This document shows positions 20,901 to 27,829 of a stretch of 27,829 nucleotides of DNA, piece by piece. Source of the DNA: Macrostomum lignano (lineage: Eukaryota); the NCBI GenBank assembly GCA_002269645.1, contig NIVC01005047.1, positions 1 through 27,829 on the forward strand. Direction: 5' to 3'. The notes beneath the pieces were generated by a model. It was not told the DNA's origin. It saw only the letters and a list, made by a program, of their open reading frames with translations, and did no database searches. Each line of letters opens with the position of its first letter. Positions within the stretch are counted from its first letter, which is position 1. Both the position numbers and the translations under genes were made by a program.

Positions 20901-23900
20901 TTGTGATCGGTATCTCAGGTAGATAATACGATTTGTGATCGGTATCTCAGTAGATAATAGATTTGTGATCGGTATCTCAGGTAGATAATGAGATTTGTGA
21001 TCGGTATCTCAGGTAGATAATAGATTTGTGATCGGTATCTCAGGTAGATAATGAGATTTGTGATCGGTATCTCAGGTAGATAATACGATTTGTGATCGGT
21101 ATCTCAGGTAGATAATAGATTTGTGATCGGTATCTCAGGTAGATAATGAGATTTGTGATCGGTATCTCAGGTAGATAATGAGATTTGTGATCGGTATCTC
21201 AGGTAGATAATAAGATTTGTGATCGGTATCTCAGGTAGATAATGAGATTTGTGATCGGTATCTCAGGTAGATAATGAGATTTGTGATCGGTATCTCAGGT
21301 AGATAATGAGATTTGTGATCGGTATCTCAGGTAGATAATGAGATTTGTGATCGGTATCTCAGGTAGATAATACGATTTGTGATCGGTATCTCAGATAGAT
21401 AATAAGATTTGTGATCGGTATCTCAGGTAGATAATGAGATTTGTGATCGGTATCTCAGGTAGATAATGAGATTTGTGATCGGTATCTCAGGTAGATAATA
21501 CGATTTGTGATCGGTATCTCAGGTAGATAATGAGATTTGTGATCGGTATCTCAGGTAGATATGAGATTTGTGATCGGTATCTCAGGTAGATAATGAGATT
21601 TGTGATCGGTATCTCAGGTAGATATGAGATTTGTGATCGGTATCTCAGGTAGATATGAGATTTGTGATCGGTATCTCAGGTAGATAATGAGATTTGTGAT
21701 CGGTATCTCAGGTAGATATGAGATTTGTGATCGGTATCTCAGGTAGATAATGAGATTTGTGATCGGTATCTCAGGTAGATAATGAGATTTGTGATCGGTA
21801 TCTCAGGTAGATAATACGATTTGTGATCGGTATCTCAGGTAGATAATAAGATTTGTGATCGTATCTCAGGTAGATAATGAGTTTGTGATCGGTATCTCAG
21901 GTAGATAATGAGATTTGTGATCGGTATCTCAGGTAGATAATAGATTTGTGATCGGTATCTCAGGTAGATAATACGATTTTGATCGGTATCTCAGGTAGAT
22001 AATAGATTTGTGATCGGTATCTCAGGTAGATAATGAGATTTGTGATCGGTATCTCAGGTAGATAATAGATTTGTGATCGGTATCTCAGGTAGATAATGAG
22101 ATTTGTGATCGGTATCTCAGGTAGATAATGAGATTTGTGATCGGTATCTCAGGTAGATAATAAGATTTGTGATCGGTATCTCAGGTAGATAATAGATTTG
22201 TGATCGGTATCTCAGGTAGATAATGAGATTTGTGATCGGTATCTCAGGTAGATAATGAGATTTGTGATCGGTATCTCAGGTAGATAATGAGATTTGTGAT
22301 CGGTATCTCAGGTAGATAATAGATTTGTGATCGGTATCTCAGGTAGATAATAAGATTTGTGATCGGTATCTCAGGTAGATAATGAGATTTGTGATCGGTA
22401 TCTCAGGTAGATAATGAGATTTGTGATCGGTATCTCAGGTAGATAATAGATTTGTGATCGGTATCTCAGGTAGATAATAGATTTGTGATCGGTATCTCAG
22501 GTAGATAATGAGATTTGTGATCGGTATCTCAGGTAGATAATGAGATTTGTGATCGGTATCTCAGGTAGATAATGAGATTTGTGATCGGTATCTCAGGTAG
22601 ATAATGAGATTTGTGATCGGTATCTCAGGTAGATAATGAGATTTGTGATCGGTATCTCAGGTAGATAATGAGATTTGTGATCGGTATCTCAGGTAGATAA
22701 TGAGATTTGTGATCGGTATCTCAGGTAGATAATAGATTTGTGATCGGTATCTCAGGTAGATAATAAGATTTGTGATCGGTATCTCAGGTAGATAATGAGA
22801 TTTGTGATCGGTATCTCAGGTAGATAATACGATTTGTGATCGGTATCTCAGGTAGATAATAGATTTGTGATCGGTATCTCAGGTAGATAATGAGATTTGT
22901 GATCGGTATCTCAGGTAGATAATGAGATTTGTGATCGGTATCTCAGGTAGATAATGAGATTTGTGATCGGTATCTCAGGTAGATAATAGATTTGTGATCG
23001 GTATCTCAGGTAGATAATAGATTTGTGATCGGTATCTCAGGTAGATAATGAGATTTGTGATCGGTATCTCAGGTAGATAATAGATTTGTGATCGGTATCT
23101 CAGGTAGATAATGAGATTTGTGATCGGTATCTCAGGTAGATAATGAGATTTGTGATCGGTATCTCAGGTAGATAATGAGATTTGTGATCGGTATCTCAGG
23201 TAGATAATGAGATTTGTGATCGGTATCTCAGGTAGATAATGAGATTTGTGATCGGTATCTCAGGTAGATAATAGATTTGTGATCGGTATCTCAGGTAGAT
23301 AATGAGATTTGTGATCGGTATCTCAGGTAGATAATGAGATTTGTGATCGGTATCTCAGGTAGATAATAGATTTGTGATCGGTATCTCAGGTAGATAATAG
23401 ATTTGTGATCGGTATCTCAGGTAGATAATGAGATTTGTGATCGGTATCTCAGGTAGATAATGAATTTGTGATCGGTATCTCAGGTAGATAATAGATTTGT
23501 GATCGGTATCTCAGGTAGATAATGAGATTTGTGATCGGTATCTCAGGTAGATAATGAGATTTGTGATCGGTATCTCAGGTAGATAATACGATTTGTGATC
23601 GGTATCTCAGGTAGATAATGAGATTTGTGATCGGTATCTCAGGTAGATAATGAGATTTGTGATCGGTATCTCAGGTAGATAATGATTTGTGATCGGTATC
23701 TCAGGTAGATAATGAGATTTGTGATCGGTATCTCAGGTAGATAATGAGATTTGTGATCGGTATCTCAGGTAGATAATGAGATTTGTGATCGGTATCTCAG
23801 GTAGATATGAGATTTGTGATCGGTATCTCAGGTAGATAATAGATTTGTGATCGGTATCTCAGGTAGATAATGAGATTTGTGATCGGTATCTCAGGTAGAT

Positions 23901-26900
23901 AATGAGATTTGTGATCGGTATCTCAGGTAGATAATGAGATTTGTGATCGGTATCTCAGGTAGATAATGAGATTTGTGATCGGTATCTCAGGTAGATAATG
24001 AGATTTGTGATCGGTATCTCAGGTAGATAATAGATTTGTGATCGGTATCTCAGGTAGATAATGAGATTTGTGATCGGTATCTCAGGTAGATAATGAGATT
24101 TGTGATCGGTATCTCAGGTAGATAATGAGATTTGTGATCGGTATCTCAGGTAGATAATGAGATTTGTGATCGGTATCTCAGGTAGATAATAGATTTGTGA
24201 TCGGTATCTCAGGTAGATAATGAGATTTGTGATCGGTATCTCAGGTAGATAATGAGATTTGTGATCGGTATCTCAGGTAGATAATGAGATTTGTGATCGG
24301 TATCTCAGGTAGATAATGAGATTTGTGATCGGTATCTCAGGTAGATAATGAGATTTGTGATCGGTATCTCAGGTAGATAATAGATTTGTGATCGGTATCT
24401 CAGGTAGATAATGAGATTTGTGATCGGTATCTCAGGTAGATAATGAGATTTGTGATCGGTATCTCAGGTAGATAATGAGATTTGTGATCGGTATCTCAGG
24501 TAGATAATAGATTTGTGATCGGTATCTCAGGTAGATAATGAGATTTGTGATCGGTATCTCAGGTAGATAATGAGATTTGTGATCGGTATCTCAGGTAGAT
24601 AATGAGATTTGTGATCGGTATCTCAGGTAGATAATAGATTTGTGATCGGTATCTCAGGTAGATAATAGATTTGTGATCGGTATCTCAGGTAGATAATGAG
24701 ATTTGTGATCGGTATCTCAGGTAGATAATGAGATTTGTGATCGGTATCTCAGGTAGATAATAGATTTGTGATCGGTATCTCAGGTAGATAATGAGATTTG
24801 TGATCGGTATCTCAGGTAGATAATGAGATTTGTGATCGGTATCTCAGGTAGATAATAGATTTGTGATCGGTATCTCAGGTAGATAATGAGATTTGTGATC
24901 GGTATCTCAGGTAGATAATGAGATTTGTGATCGGTATCTCAGGTAGATAATGAGATTTGTGATCGGTATCTCAGGTAGATAATACGATTTGTGATCGGTA
25001 TCTCAGGTAGATAATAGATTTGTGATCGGTATCTCAGGTAGATAATGAGATTTGTGATCGGTATCTCAGGTAGATAATACGATTTGTGATCGGTATCTCA
25101 GGTAGATAATGAGATTTGTGATCGGTATCTCAGGTAGATAATAGATTTGTGATCGGTATCTCAGGTAGATAATGAGATTTGTGATCGGTATCTCAGGTAG
25201 ATAATGAGATTTGTGATCGGTATCTCAGGTAGATAATGAGATTTGTGATCGGTATCTCAGGTAGATAATGAGATTTGTGATCGGTATCTCAGGTAGATAA
25301 TGAGATTTGTGATCGGTATCTCAGGTAGATAATGAGATTTGTGATCGGTATCTCAGGTAGATAATGAGATTTGTGATCGGTATCTCAGGTAGATAATGAG
25401 ATTTGTGATCGGTATCTCAGGTAGATAATAGATTTGTGATCGGTATCTCAGGTAGATAATAGATTTGTGATCGGTATCTCAGGTAGATAATGAGATTTGT
25501 GATCGGTATCTCAGGTAGATAATGAGATTTGTGATCGGTATCTCAGGTAGATAATGAGATTTGTGATCGGTATCTCAGGTAGATAATGAGATTTGTGATC
25601 GGTATCTCAGGTAGATAATGAGATTTGTGATCGGTATCTCAGGTAGATAATGAGATTTGTGATCGGTATCTCAGGTAGATAATGAGATTTGTGATCGGTA
25701 TCTCAGGTAGATAATAGATTTGTGATCGGTATCTCAGGTAGATAATGAGATTTGTGATCGGTATCTCAGGTAGATAATAGATTTGTGATCGGTATCTCAG
25801 GTAGATAATGAGATTTGTGATCGGTATCTCAGGTAGATAATGATATTTGTGATCGGTATCTCAGGTAGATAATCGAGATTTGTGATCGGTATCTCAGGTA
25901 GATAATAGATTTGTGATCGGTATCTCAGGTAGATAATGAGATTTGTGATCGGTATCTCAGGTAGATAATACGATTTTGATCGGTATCTCAGGTAGATAAT
26001 GAGATTTGTGATCGGTATCTCAGGTAGATAATGAGATTTGTGATCGGTATCTCAGGTAGATAATACGATTTGTGATCGGTATCTCAGGTAGATAATAGAT
26101 TTGTGATCGGTATCTCAGGTAGATATAGATTTGTGATCGGTATCTCAGGTAGATAATGAATTTGTGATCGTATCTCAGGTAGATAATAGATTTGTGATCG
26201 GTATCTCAGGTAGATAATAGATTTGTGATCGGTATCTCAGGTAGATAATGAGATTTGATCGGTATCTCAGGTAGATAATGAGATTTGTGATCGGTATCTC
26301 AGGTAGATAATGAGATTTGTGATCGGTATCTCAGGTAGATAATGAGATTTGTGATCGGTATCTCAGGTAGATAATGAGATTTGTGATCGGTATCTCAGGT
26401 AGATAATGAAGATTTGTGATCGGTATCTCAGGTAGATAATGAGATTTGTGATCGGTATTCAGGTAGATAATGAGATTTGTGATCGGTATCTCAGGTAGAT
26501 ATGAGATTTGTGATCGGTATCTCAGGTAGATAATGAGATTTGTGATCGGTATCTCAGGTAGATAATGACGATTTGTGATCGTATCTCAGGTAGATATGAG
26601 ATTTGTGATCGGTATCTCAGGTAGATTAAGAGATTTGTGATCGGTATCTCAGGTAGATAATAGATTTGTGATCGTATCTCAGGTAGATAATGAGATTGTG
26701 ATCGGTATCTCAGGTAGATAATGAGATTTGTGATCGGTATCTCAGGTAGATAATGAGATTTGTGATCGGTATCTCAGGTAGATAATGAGATTTGTGATCG
26801 GTATCTCAGGTAGATAATGAGATTTGTGATCGGTATCTCAGGTAGATAATGAGATTTGTGATCGGTATCTCAGGTAGATAATGAGATTTGTGATCGGTAT

Positions 26901-27829
26901 CTCAGGTAGATAATGAGATTTGTGATCGGTATCTCAGGTAGATAATGAGATTTGTGATCGGTATCTCAGGTAGATAATGAGATTTGTGATCGTATCTCAG
27001 GTAGATAATGAGATTTGTGATCGGTATCTCAGGTAGATAGATTTGTGATCGGTATCTCAGGTAGATAATGAGATTTGTGATCGGTATCTCAGGTAGATAA
27101 TACGATTTGTGATCGGTATCTCAGTAGATAATGAGATTTGTGATCGGTATCTCAGGTAGATAATGAGTTTGTGATCGGTATCTCAGGTAGATAATGAGAT
27201 TTGTGATCGGTATCTCAGGTAGATAATAGATTTGTGATCGGTATCTCAGGTAGATAATAGATTTGTGATCGGTATTCAGGTAGATAATACGATTTGTGAT
27301 CGGTATCTCAGGTAGATAATGAGATTTGTGATCGGTATCTCAGGTAGATAATACGATTTGTGATCGGTACTCAGGTAGATAATGAGATTTGTGATCGGTA
27401 TCTCAGGTAGATAATAGATTTGTGATCGGTATCTCAGGTAGATAATAAGATTTGTGATCGGTATCTCAGGTAGATAATGAGATTTGTGATCGTATCTCAG
27501 GTAGATAATGACGATTTGTGATCGGTATCTCAGGTAGATAATGAGATTTGTGATCGGTATCTCAGGCTAGATAATGAGATTTGTGATCGGTATCTCAGGT
27601 AGATAATACGATTTGTGATCGGTATCTCAGATAGATAATAAGATTTGTGATCGGTATCTCAGGTAGATAATGAGATTTGTGATCGGTATCTCAGGTAGAT
27701 AATACGATTTGTGATCGTATCTCAGGTAGATAATGAGATTTGTGATCGGTATCTCAGGTAGATAATAGATTTGTGATCGGTATCTCAGGTAGATAATACG
27801 ATTTGTGATCGGTATCTCAGGTAGATAAT
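14996..27829. repeat. Large tandem satellite, 32-bp unit GATCGGTATCTCAGGTAGATAATGAGATTTGT, about 400 copies, in RPIA intron 4, open-ended at the window edge
   Basis: Uninterrupted 32-bp periodicity for >12.8 kb. Variants include ...ATAATACG..., ...ATAATAAG..., ...CAGATAG... and 1-nt-shorter units. I saw no unique intervening sequence. Confidence 0.99.

Noticed and set aside
14996-27829. CRISPR array (32-bp repeat, hundreds of copies)
   Set aside because: Units are head-to-tail with no unique spacers, there are no cas genes, and the context is a spliceosomal intron.

Overview
This is eukaryotic (metazoan-like) genomic DNA, not prokaryotic. It holds the 5' four coding exons of one ribose-5-phosphate isomerase A (RPIA/RpiA family) gene on the + strand: 6301-6393, 6482-6542, 13043-13098 and 14648-14986. 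These join in frame through GT-AG introns into 183 aa, and the C-terminal exon(s) lie beyond the window end. About 60% of the window is tandem repeat from ten distinct minisatellite/satellite families. The largest is a >12.8 kb array of a 32-bp unit that starts inside the exon 4 splice-donor region and runs off the end of the window. Intron 2 carries a 1039-bp internally deleted mariner (Tc1/mariner) element with TA target duplication and 198-bp TIRs that match at 197 of 198 positions. Almost all long ORFs in the six-frame track are artefacts of repeats. There is no CRISPR array, RNA gene or operon. The most interesting observations are: the giant satellite unit resembles a donor-inactivated copy of the exon 4/intron junction; two intronic arrays are built from textbook transcription-factor sites (E2F-type TTTGGCGC and nuclear-receptor DR1); the RPIA protein has substitutions in two substrate-binding motifs; and exon 4 appears to be a fusion of several ancestral exons. 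The functional readings of these are hypotheses. I do not see firm evidence of a new multi-gene system.
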